This document shows positions 44,590-52,905 of a stretch of DNA of 64,000 nt, one piece after another (the first letter of the stretch is position 1; the number at the start of each line of letters is the position of its first letter). The DNA comes from a virus. Lineage: Duplodnaviria; Caudoviricetes. Below the pieces are notes generated by a model that made no database searches, was not told the DNA's origin, and saw only the letters and a list, made by a program, of their open reading frames with translations. The position numbers were made by a program, and so were the translations under genes. The stretch is from positions 165,065-229,064 of the IMG/VR virus record IMGVR_UViG_3300037067_013742. The stretch is one strand, 5' to 3'.

Positions 44590-45219
44590 TTAGTACTCAA
44601 ATGTATGAGTAGCTGAGATCTCTACAGTGAGGCGTGGGATCTTAATATGATTTGTAATACCGAGTCTCTTACATTGCTTGGCACTGAGATATATCTCTGC
44701 ATTTCCTCGGCTCTTTATATAATCTACAAAGAACTTCTCTGGCTTCTTGCAGTTGATGGCTAGCCTCTTTAGAGCAGCTGTACTCAGTCGAGTAATTTCG
44801 TCTGCTTCTGATCTCATGATGTCCGCGTTTCCCTCTACTCCGCCAGAGGCCGCATGGATCATTAGCGTAGCGTTGGGGCCCATAAACCTCAAGCCTTGTT
44901 TGCCACAGCTGAAGATAATAGCTCCGGCAGACATAGCCTTGCCTTCTACGATAGTGGCAATGTCTATTTCACAAGCATCTATGGCGTCGAGACAACTCAT
45001 CATCTCGTAGACTCCACCACCATATGAGTCTATGCAGATCGGAAGAATTTTCTGACCAGCAATGTTGGCATTACATTCGGCAACTTCTAGGTCGCGACGA
45101 AAGCAAGCAGCCTTTTCCTCGTCCAGTCCACCAACAAGATAGACTAGCTCTGGAATGGCTGGTTGGTTCCAAGGCTCTTCAATCTTGAGCCTTGGATCTA
45201 CCTTTAGTGCTACCCTCAT
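44590..45219 (-). CDS. ClpP-like serine protease
   Basis: IDSYGGGV, GKAMSAGA (catalytic Ser), LMIH. Confidence 0.85.
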   Translation of the reverse strand: MRVALKVDPRLKIEEPWNQPAIPELVYLVGGLDEEKAACFRRDLEVAECNANIAGQKILPICIDSYGGGVYEMMSCLDAIDACEIDIATIVEGKAMSAGAIIFSCGKQGLRFMGPNATLMIHAASGGVEGNADIMRSEADEITRLSTAALKRLAINCKKPEKFFVDYIKSRGNAEIYLSAKQCKRLGITNHIKIPRLTVEISATHTFEY

Positions 45220-45225
45220 TTGTCC

Positions 45226-45624
45226 TCAACACTTTCCGCAGCTCCCGCAGCCGTCTTTGTAATTATACAGTACCATGGGAGAGTCTCTTGGAGTTTTGTC
45301 TTGGTGAGTTCGAACATACGGAATCTTGTAGGACAGACTGCCCTCTAAGATGAATGCCTCTACGGTCTCTTCAAATCTTTTTTGAATAACTTGGATGCAG
45401 GTATGTTCGAATAATGGGACTGAGCGTCCGGCTATTACGATTACGGTATCGCCTACTCTTGGTGGAGATTCCAGCCTCATTATAGAGTCTACAATAGAAA
45501 GGGCTTGTTCTTCTTCTTTCCCGACTGGTATATCAATCTGATGGAGGACTGCATCCGGATACAATTGCTTCCAGTCAATACCAGCGGCTTCGGTATAGAA
45601 GATATGGATCATCGCCTCTCTCAT
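45226..45624 (-). CDS. Hypothetical protein
   Basis: ORF track. Confidence 0.5.
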   Translation of the reverse strand: MREAMIHIFYTEAAGIDWKQLYPDAVLHQIDIPVGKEEEQALSIVDSIMRLESPPRVGDTVIVIAGRSVPLFEHTCIQVIQKRFEETVEAFILEGSLSYKIPYVRTHQDKTPRDSPMVLYNYKDGCGSCGKC

Positions 45625-45766
45625 CTGGCCCCACCGCCGAAGAGCTTATCAATGTCTTCTCGCTTTTCTGTTTGGGATGGCTTCTTATCAGACGAGCCAT
45701 TGAGGTTCCCATAAACCACAGCGAATATGAAAATTGCAAGTACAACACAAGTAATAAAAGTCCCGA

Positions 45767-46105
45767 TCATAGCTGAGGTCCCTTTCTCCAAGGAGGACGA
45801 CAATACTCTTCTATCATCCCGCCATAGAAGAGGGCAATAGGCTGAATCGTACTTTCGCTACTCTCCCTCTGTACAAGTCTCTGTGCTATATAGACGGGGA
45901 ATCCAGTTCCCTCTTCTGGGCCCTTTGACATGACCGATGCCTTTTTCATTAAAGATGAAAGCTCTTCATCAGAAGGGGGCCTAAGTCTTGTATAGGCCTT
46001 TTCCTCTACCGGGCCTCCGCCATTAAGCCATAGGCCCAATAGTAGGTCATAGCCGGGTAGAATTTCCATCTCTTGGGGTTCGCGCTCACCAAAATCTAAT
46101 TGCAT
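45767..46105 (-). CDS. Hypothetical protein
   Basis: ORF with AGGAG SD. Confidence 0.5.
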   Translation of the reverse strand: MQLDFGEREPQEMEILPGYDLLLGLWLNGGGPVEEKAYTRLRPPSDEELSSLMKKASVMSKGPEEGTGFPVYIAQRLVQRESSESTIQPIALFYGGMIEEYCRPPWRKGPQL

Positions 46106-46118
46106 CTTTCAATTCTCC

Positions 46119-46613
46119 TTACCAGTTAAAAACATTAATAGCTGTGGCAGATTGACGGAGAGCAGCTACTCTTTCCGTCTGGGTCTTAGATAGTCTGCCG
46201 GACTTGAGAAGTAGCATGACCCGCTTATCATCAGGCGACTCAAGAAGCCATCTGGTAATTGCTTCTGCTTGTTCGTTTATACATCCTTCGGTATAAATAT
46301 CTTCGCTTATAAGAGTCTCTTGGCTTGCTTCGCTTCTAAGTTTCTCGAAAGTTCTCTTAGCTTCTTCATCCCAAAACTCATGTTGCTTGGGACAGGCTAG
46401 GAAGATATCGTAGGGGATATTGTTTTTATAGCAGACTTCTGCAAAGAGGGTGTCCATTCCAAGAAGAAGGGTTGTTGCTGCTACAACAGAATGACCCTTC
46501 TCCTGTAGATGAAGGAGGTTTCCCTCAATCCAATTCTCTACTAGTAGAGCCCTCTTTTGAGATTGTGCTGCTAGACTCTTCCACCCTCTCGGTCCACTTA
46601 TGATGACGCGCAT
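46119..46613 (-). CDS. SLOG/YspA-like protein (divergent)
   Basis: ISGPR, LGMDTLFAE, PKQHEFW; paralog of 57768..58286. Confidence 0.55.
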   Translation of the reverse strand: MRVIISGPRGWKSLAAQSQKRALLVENWIEGNLLHLQEKGHSVVAATTLLLGMDTLFAEVCYKNNIPYDIFLACPKQHEFWDEEAKRTFEKLRSEASQETLISEDIYTEGCINEQAEAITRWLLESPDDKRVMLLLKSGRLSKTQTERVAALRQSATAINVFNW

Positions 46614-47017
46614 GATAGCACCTCCATAACTGAAATCTTCCCAGTTTTTGCGAACCTCTTACATACACGGGCTTCTGCCCCCACTGGTTCTCTAGTCAGG
46701 ACCCTCATTACCATACGGTCTGGGGTTTCCAGGATGATGCTCTTTATAGCATGGTGAGGAGGAAGCTCGTACTCTCTTCTTCCGCTTCTCGTATTAACCG
46801 AGAAGCTATCGGCCAATACATCAGCCCGTTTCCAGTGTCCACTTTTTAGCCACTCGTCGGTAGCTTCTTCACGAGCCCATCCATCCCAGTAGATGCTTTT
46901 TGTCGCGACAATTCCTCTACCACTAATCCTATCAGTTCTAACAAGAACTCTTTCTTGTGGTAGGAACGTCCCGCAAATTTCTACACACTGGCTAGCTACA
47001 ACGATCAAATCACACAT
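46598..47017 (-). CDS. Hypothetical protein
   Basis: ORF track; WDGWAREE motif. Confidence 0.5.
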   Translation of the reverse strand: MCDLIVVASQCVEICGTFLPQERVLVRTDRISGRGIVATKSIYWDGWAREEATDEWLKSGHWKRADVLADSFSVNTRSGRREYELPPHHAIKSIILETPDRMVMRVLTREPVGAEARVCKRFAKTGKISVMEVLSCASS

Positions 47018-48258
47018 ACTGATACCTCATCGGCAGTAGAAAGTGAGTCTGCAATTTCAACAACTACCTTTTGAGAAATTCTATCTTGGTAGTTAGCTAG
47101 GAGCATGCGGACTTCATTCTTCTCCTGCTCTGAGTAAGCTCTTCTAGCTAGAAGAAGGATCGCGTTTCCCATTTGTTTCCAGATGAGGCTATAGACCTTG
47201 TTCCATTGCCCCTTGGTCTGATGAAGCTCACATAGGGCTCTTGATCTCTCAATGTCCCAAATGGGCGGATCAATCTTCTTCGTCTGGGTTGTAACAACAA
47301 CTAGATCCTTGGCTTCGTGCTCTTCTTTCTTCTTCTTTGATGTGTAGCCAGCCATCCAGTTAGCCTTTACCGGTTCAGCCATTTCTACGCAAGTAACTTT
47401 CTCTTCCTGAAGTCGGTCAAAGGTTGCCCAGAGCTTTCCGCGAATAGACTCGAAGTCAAGTCCTCTACTTCGTAGTGAGTATAGGTAGTGAGCTCTGTCT
47501 TCGGCTCGTCGATCCTGATTCCACTCCCTCAAGAGGCTCATATCTTCTGCATAGGTTGGTCTTATCTGGTCCATGTACTTTCGTAGCTGTGGAACCAAGT
47601 ACATCTTGTCTAGATCTTCTAGTCTAGACTTTAGATGTGCTCGTCGTCTCTCAGAGGCCTCTTTGAACTGATTCGGACGGAACACTTCGACTACGGAGTA
47701 TTGGTCTTTCGGAGGAAGGCCTAGTCGTTCTACGAACTGGGCTTTGGGCCCATCAGAGTCCTCATCATTATCTGGTACGTCTTCGGAACATCCTAGAGGA
47801 ATGAGCCCGCTCTTACTCTCATCAACTTCAACGTACTCTCTCCAGTTAAGAGTAATCCAGTCTAGAATATCCTTGTGTCCCTGCGCCGCCTTGATAACGG
47901 AGAGAAGGCTTCCAATATTTTCTTCTTTCTTTGTAAGCTCAGACACTACTTCTCGTAAGCCGCAGGGAAGCTTCTGGAAATTGATGGTTTCTCGTTCGGC
48001 TACTTCTTCTGCTGAGAGTTTCTTCAGGACGGTTCTTCCATTGGTATGGAAGTCTGTACTCTGAAGTAGTTGTCGGTCTAGACCGCCTAGCTTGGAGATT
48101 CCTTCTAGCGGTTGTCCAACTGGGATAAGCTCCTTGTATTCGTTGAGTCGTTCGGCGGTTCCATTGACGTCAAACCGTTCTTCCTGCCGGCCGTCACGGT
48201 AGTCTAGCTCAGATGCTAGTGATCGCATTCCCCTTGAAACAGTATTTTTCTCTCTCAT
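47005..48258 (-). CDS. Hypothetical protein
   Basis: 417-aa charged ORF. Confidence 0.6.
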   Translation of the reverse strand: MREKNTVSRGMRSLASELDYRDGRQEERFDVNGTAERLNEYKELIPVGQPLEGISKLGGLDRQLLQSTDFHTNGRTVLKKLSAEEVAERETINFQKLPCGLREVVSELTKKEENIGSLLSVIKAAQGHKDILDWITLNWREYVEVDESKSGLIPLGCSEDVPDNDEDSDGPKAQFVERLGLPPKDQYSVVEVFRPNQFKEASERRRAHLKSRLEDLDKMYLVPQLRKYMDQIRPTYAEDMSLLREWNQDRRAEDRAHYLYSLRSRGLDFESIRGKLWATFDRLQEEKVTCVEMAEPVKANWMAGYTSKKKKEEHEAKDLVVVTTQTKKIDPPIWDIERSRALCELHQTKGQWNKVYSLIWKQMGNAILLLARRAYSEQEKNEVRMLLANYQDRISQKVVVEIADSLSTADEVSVCVI

Positions 48259-48287
48259 TATCTCTCCATTTCCTCTCCTAGAGGAAA

Positions 48288-48704
48288 CTATCTAGAGACG
48301 TGAAGATGATTTATATTGCCTTCATTATCCGTATAGTAAATGTCTCTTATGCCCACATTCTTTAGAATCTTCATGCATTCTTCGCAGGGCTTGGCCATAG
48401 CCCTAGAGCCGTCTTTCCGACGCCTTGCCACATAGATTGAACAATATCTGAGCTTATCCACCTGAGTTGTATGCAGGGCTCTAATTACGGAGCGGCACTC
48501 GGCGCAGAGCTGGTTACGGTTTGTTCTGAGGAACGGCTTCGGATTTTTTGGATGAGTCTTTGCCGTGCATGCGGCAGAGGCGATAATTCTATTGCCGATG
48601 GTAATGACTGCTCCAACAGAAAACGAGCAGTTGGGATCGGCCGTTCTGGCAACCCTCAGTGCAGCAGAAATAAACCTAGCTTCTCTAGACATTAAGGTCT
48701 CCAA
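48288..48704 (-). CDS. Zinc-dependent deaminase-fold protein (CAE...PCxxC)
   Basis: VGAVI, KTHP, LCAE, AKPCEEC, IYYT. Confidence 0.75.
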   Translation of the reverse strand: METLMSREARFISAALRVARTADPNCSFSVGAVITIGNRIIASAACTAKTHPKNPKPFLRTNRNQLCAECRSVIRALHTTQVDKLRYCSIYVARRRKDGSRAMAKPCEECMKILKNVGIRDIYYTDNEGNINHLHVSR

Positions 48705-48851
48705 GCTTTGTGTTAAAGGTCAAAGTCTAGCGGTTTCGTAATGTTTACCAGTAGTCTAACTATACTACTTGCTTTGGTTATTACCTCTGCGATTTTTGAG
48801 ATGGCGGTGGTAGTAGCTACTGTTGCTACCATTATGAGGAATTCTGTCTGG

Positions 48852-49493
48852 TTAGGGGAGAAGGACATAGGGCTCTCTTTCTGAGCTTAGTAGTTCAGTA
48901 ATCTTGTCACCGAGGTTAGACACCTGGCTCCTAGTCTCGTTTATCGAGTCCCTCATTAGAGACATTAGTGAGACCTTCTCGTTAAGATTATCTAGAAGGC
49001 TAAGCCGCTTTCGTTCTAGAGTAGCCGCCTTTCTGAAATAGTTGGGAACTTCAGAGTGGTTATTTTCTACATACTTCGAGATGTCCTCCATTAGGATAGA
49101 GGCAAACACCTCAAGGTCCTCCTTCATCATCTGGGGCGAGGTTGAGATCTCTAGCGTATTTGTATTTCGTGAAAGATGCTTGACCAACGCAACCCTAGCT
49201 TTGGCCCTACAAAACTGATCTCGCCTCGACCTTATTGTAAAGGTTACAAGTGTTGTTCTGCCGTTAGGACCAGGAGCATAGGCGATAGAAATTGGATCGA
49301 AGTAAGCTAGCTTTAGACCTAGTCTCTTAATCGACTCGGTCACGTCTTTCCTTTCCTTCTTTCTCTTTGCCGCCGCCATCTTTAGAAGCTCTAGGCTGTG
49401 GCAGCTATCGTTTTTTGACTTCTCAATCTCTTCTTGTGTCTTCTTCATCATTCTAAATCTCCTCTTTCCTATAGGGTTTAGCAAGAACTCCAC
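48852..49493 (-). CDS. Hypothetical protein
   Basis: ORF track. Confidence 0.5.
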   Translation of the reverse strand: MEFLLNPIGKRRFRMMKKTQEEIEKSKNDSCHSLELLKMAAAKRKKERKDVTESIKRLGLKLAYFDPISIAYAPGPNGRTTLVTFTIRSRRDQFCRAKARVALVKHLSRNTNTLEISTSPQMMKEDLEVFASILMEDISKYVENNHSEVPNYFRKAATLERKRLSLLDNLNEKVSLMSLMRDSINETRSQVSNLGDKITELLSSEREPYVLLP

Positions 49494-49914
49494 AACTATT
49501 AAACATATCTAGTGCGGCTTTATGATGTTCTAGCCATATAGGCTGAACTTCTATTTCAGAGAGAAGGAAGTGAACCTCTTTTATCCCGGCCGCAATAAGA
49601 AGCTTTGCACAGTCTGCACACGGAGGAAATGTTACGAAAATCGTACAGTTCTCTAAGCTGATCCCGGCTCTACAGGCGAGGGCTACAGCATTAGCCTCTG
49701 CGTGAATGAAGTACAAATACTTTTTCGGCCTCTTATAAATGTCCTCTCTTCCATCTGGGAAGCCGATTGGCGGACCGTTATAGCCAGTACTCCTTACTTC
49801 TTTTGAGGGCCCACAAGCGACACATCCTACTTGCGTAGATGGGTCTTTGCTATTAGAGGCAATGTGCTGGGCCATACCAAAGAAGTATCTAACCCACCTC
49901 TTACTGAGATTCAT
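49453..49914 (-). CDS. dCMP deaminase
   Basis: SKDPSTQVGC, GYNG, HAEANA, PCADC. Confidence 0.9.
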   Translation of the reverse strand: MNLSKRWVRYFFGMAQHIASNSKDPSTQVGCVACGPSKEVRSTGYNGPPIGFPDGREDIYKRPKKYLYFIHAEANAVALACRAGISLENCTIFVTFPPCADCAKLLIAAGIKEVHFLLSEIEVQPIWLEHHKAALDMFNSCGVLAKPYRKEEI

Positions 49915-50145
49915 TTAGTTTATGATCTTGTTTATTTTGTCGATGAGAGTTTCATCTTTAGTCTGCTGAAGATTCTCAATTATAAATTCAAGAATTTTTA
50001 TTGTCTTCTTCATTGTTTCTACTCCTTCTCTATGAAGTATCTTCTTCTTCAGCTTCTCTTCAGTTTTAATAAGAACTTGCAGTGTGTTCTTGGCTGCTAC
50101 AACCCGTTCGAAGACTAAGTCTAAGGCCTGTTCACTATGTTCCAT
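49915..50145 (-). CDS. Hypothetical protein
   Basis: ORF track. Confidence 0.45.
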   Translation of the reverse strand: MEHSEQALDLVFERVVAAKNTLQVLIKTEEKLKKKILHREGVETMKKTIKILEFIIENLQQTKDETLIDKINKIIN

Positions 50146-50420
50146 CAGCTACCCCGGCTTTGGAGTATTAGTTGCTCTATATCTTTTGGGTCTATAGTAG
50201 CAATATACCAAGGGTTCTTGTAAATTCTCTCTCCCGTCTTACGACTAAAGAGCATCCCTCCGGCGGGGGTATCTAGATAGACTTCATCTTCACAATAGCT
50301 AGAGAGAATTCCAGTATGGGTCTCTGGAGCTATCCAGCTAAGTGGATTCCACCATCTATAAACAGTTATGGGAATGTTTAGATTTCTTTTTTGGGGTATG
50401 ACCCAGTGATGGTAGTTCAT
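50145..50420 (-). CDS. Hypothetical protein
   Basis: ORF track. Confidence 0.45.
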   Translation of the reverse strand: MNYHHWVIPQKRNLNIPITVYRWWNPLSWIAPETHTGILSSYCEDEVYLDTPAGGMLFSRKTGERIYKNPWYIATIDPKDIEQLILQSRGS

Positions 50421-50457
50421 ACCTAGATAGTAGGTTGGTATTTGCCAGAAGACAAAT

Positions 50458-50778
50458 CTAGAAGTCGTTGTTTGCGGAGAAGTCGCTTTGAAGTCTTTTT
50501 AGGAGGGTCTGATCGTCATCATTCTGAAGGTTGAAGTAATGAACTTCGTTATTGATTTCTATTCGGGCGGCCAGCCAGTCCTTTTTATTCTTGTCACCCT
50601 CTATAAAAGCCCAGACTATATCCGTTGGTTTTAGCTTTCCGGCAGAAACCCATACTGCCCAAAAGGATTTACCCTCTGGTAGCTGAGGGGCTGCTACAAA
50701 CTTATTCTTAAAGTTGACTGGCTTCCCGTTCTTCGCGGCCATGTCAAGCCCTGTCTGTAACTCTTTGGCAGTAATCAT
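50458..50778 (-). CDS. Hypothetical protein
   Basis: ORF track. Confidence 0.5.
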   Translation of the reverse strand: MITAKELQTGLDMAAKNGKPVNFKNKFVAAPQLPEGKSFWAVWVSAGKLKPTDIVWAFIEGDKNKKDWLAARIEINNEVHYFNLQNDDDQTLLKRLQSDFSANNDF

Positions 50779-50781
50779 TTA

Positions 50782-51237
50782 CTAGTCCTCATAGAGTACG
50801 CAGCCCGAACAACCAACGTTATCTACTCTCTGACAATTTTCGCAAGGATCATAGCTATCATTCTCATCATACTCTCCGTCTTCCCACTCTTCTCCCTCAT
50901 CGTTGTAGCAGCTCTCCGAAAGCTCTGTCTTCTTCTGAAGCTCGATGTCTCCCTGATAGTCAGAGAGAACTTCGTAGCGGCAGACTCTAAGCTTAGTAGC
51001 ATTATGGTCTGCTGGAACCGACACTGCATCCTTTGGGTTTACCTTAACGAGAAGAACCTTGTCGCCCTCGCATCCAAAGCACTTAATATATTCAAGGTTT
51101 CCAATGTGGTAACCGTGGGAGCAAGTATTCTCACGGCGATCGTCTACCTTATTTCTTAGCATCTCCGGAATCTGTCCGGGATGGTTGTCTACTGAGCCCG
51201 AATGCTTGTCTGTATAGTCCGGCCGAACAACCTTATA
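50782..51237 (-). CDS. rIIB: rIIB-like protein, exon 2
   Basis: YKVVR.DY.D.HSG, VDD....CS.G.H, VKVNPKD.VSVP.D....KLRVCRYEV. Confidence 0.85.
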   Translation of the reverse strand, partial: YKVVRPDYTDKHSGSVDNHPGQIPEMLRNKVDDRRENTCSHGYHIGNLEYIKCFGCEGDKVLLVKVNPKDAVSVPADHNATKLRVCRYEVLSDYQGDIELQKKTELSESCYNDEGEEWEDGEYDENDSYDPCENCQRVDNVGCSGCVLYED

Positions 51238-52500
51238 CAGTTGTGTTATCGTGCGGCTTTTTATCCGCACTTCTATAGCTACCGTTGGCTTGCTATAGCT
51301 CAGCATATGTCATCATCTCTTCCGAGATGTCGCGCACTCTTGGGGATATTATATTCTTTATCAAGTTTCAATCCCTATGCGTTACACTGGACAAGGTTGT
51401 TAACCCTTGTCTTAGCACGGCGTTGCATCTAGCTTCTCAAATTTATCTCTTTTTCTCGGAAGATAAACCGAGGCGCTCGCGTATAGTAGTTTTTGCAAAC
51501 CACAAAGATCTCTTCTTCTTATTACCATTAGCTTTCCAATTGAGCTATGGGCTAAAATTCTCTCGTTAATCTTGTGAGCCTTTGTGGTCTGTATGTAACT
51601 TTTGCTATTTATGCCATTTCTTAGGAGATAGTCCGAGATATCTTTGATCAATGTTGGACCGACTGAATAGAAGGAACAAGAGGCTTCTTTTAGATCTTTT
51701 GAGACCCAAATATTTCCATCACCATCGAAGAATCCTCGAATTAGATGTCTTACTAAATCTTCCCTAATCTTGGGAAGCGTAAGCCTTCTTGCCTTTTTCC
51801 CTCCAAAGTTGAAATCTTTTAGGACGGCCCATTCTCCAGACTGTTGTGATACCACCTGGATAACTTTTCCCTGGTCATAGAGGTTTCCTCCTAAGAATCG
51901 AGCAAGTTTTTCTAGGTGCTCTTTATCCTTGATAGAGGAACAAGCAGCAGCTGCGTAAGTTGTCCTGGTTTTCCCTTTATGCTCTAGAAGGCAGCCATCA
52001 GCCATTAGAAACCCAAGCCAGTAAGCGGCTTCTTCAGTTTGGACGGGATTGAAATTACCTGCCGGGGTTCCGATAACCTCTCTTCTGCATGCAGGAAATA
52101 CCCAAAATCCCTTTTTGGAAAACCTTGTCACTAAAGCCCGAGGGGTTATCTTTAGCTCTAAGGCTATCTTCTCTAGAGGTTTCCCGTTAATGTATTCCTT
52201 GTATGCGGCTTCTAGATCATAAGTAAGTCTGTCGCAGTTCGGATTCTTCCTATATCTTTTAGGTAGGCCAAGCCGTTTATATTCATTCTGTAAGGTCTTC
52301 CGACTTACGAAATATTCTCGGCACAAGTTCTGCTGAAGTTCCCCGTTCAAATATCTACTGTGAGCTTCAGTTACTTGTTGGTCTGTCAGTTTATGTGGCA
52401 TAAAGTATTTTACTACTATTCCCCAACACTAGCAACGGATGTTTTCACCGTTTTTGCGCGATTTGCAATAAACCCTCACGAGTTTATGGGCCTAAAATTA
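51238..52500 (-). mobile_element. Group I intron (1263 nt) in rIIB with a LAGLIDADG ORF in the P5 loop
   Basis: 5' splice site after U (GCU|) with P1 GGCU/GGCC, P2, P3 UCGCGCA/UGCGCGA, P4, P6, P7 GCAUA/UAUGC, P8, P9 and terminal G. Splicing restores FLA-YKVV in frame. Confidence 0.9.
51412..52401 (-). CDS. Intron-encoded LAGLIDADG homing endonuclease
   Basis: AYWLGFLMADG and LIRGFFDGDG. Confidence 0.9.
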   Translation of the reverse strand: MPHKLTDQQVTEAHSRYLNGELQQNLCREYFVSRKTLQNEYKRLGLPKRYRKNPNCDRLTYDLEAAYKEYINGKPLEKIALELKITPRALVTRFSKKGFWVFPACRREVIGTPAGNFNPVQTEEAAYWLGFLMADGCLLEHKGKTRTTYAAAACSSIKDKEHLEKLARFLGGNLYDQGKVIQVVSQQSGEWAVLKDFNFGGKKARRLTLPKIREDLVRHLIRGFFDGDGNIWVSKDLKEASCSFYSVGPTLIKDISDYLLRNGINSKSYIQTTKAHKINERILAHSSIGKLMVIRRRDLCGLQKLLYASASVYLPRKRDKFEKLDATPC

Positions 52501-52905
52501 AGCCAGGAAGCAACCATCCTCTGTAATAGGGAGGCCCCTATGAGATAGAAAACCATACAGCTCGTCGATCGACTGAGACGAAGGGTTCTGCATTAGGTTC
52601 TCTAGGAACCGAAGCATTGGCTCAAAAGGAAAGCCCTCTCTCATGAGGTCTAGAATCCTAACGGCTAGCAAAGAGTGTACTGGCTCGCCATTAAAGTAAA
52701 TGGTTCCGTCCCTTACCTCGGCCTTGCCATCAACGAAGTCACTTACTGCTCGCTGAACGTTAGCAAGTTCTTCTAGTTCATCGTCTGAGGCTGTGTTTAA
52801 ACAAGCCTTGATCTCTTCATACTTAAGGTGAGAAGGCTCAATGACATAAGCCTTCCCATTCAAAACGATGGTGATAATGTTTCCGGACACAATGAAACTA
52901 CTCAT
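52501..52905 (-). CDS. rIIB: rIIB-like protein, exon 1
   Basis: FLENLMQNPS....ELYGFL....LPITEDGCFLA; follows rIIA. Confidence 0.85.

Noticed and set aside
51238-51306. ORF-track N-terminus MLSYSKPT... of 50782..51306
   Set aside because: These 23 codons are intron P7-P9 sequence; the real exon starts at TAT (51237).
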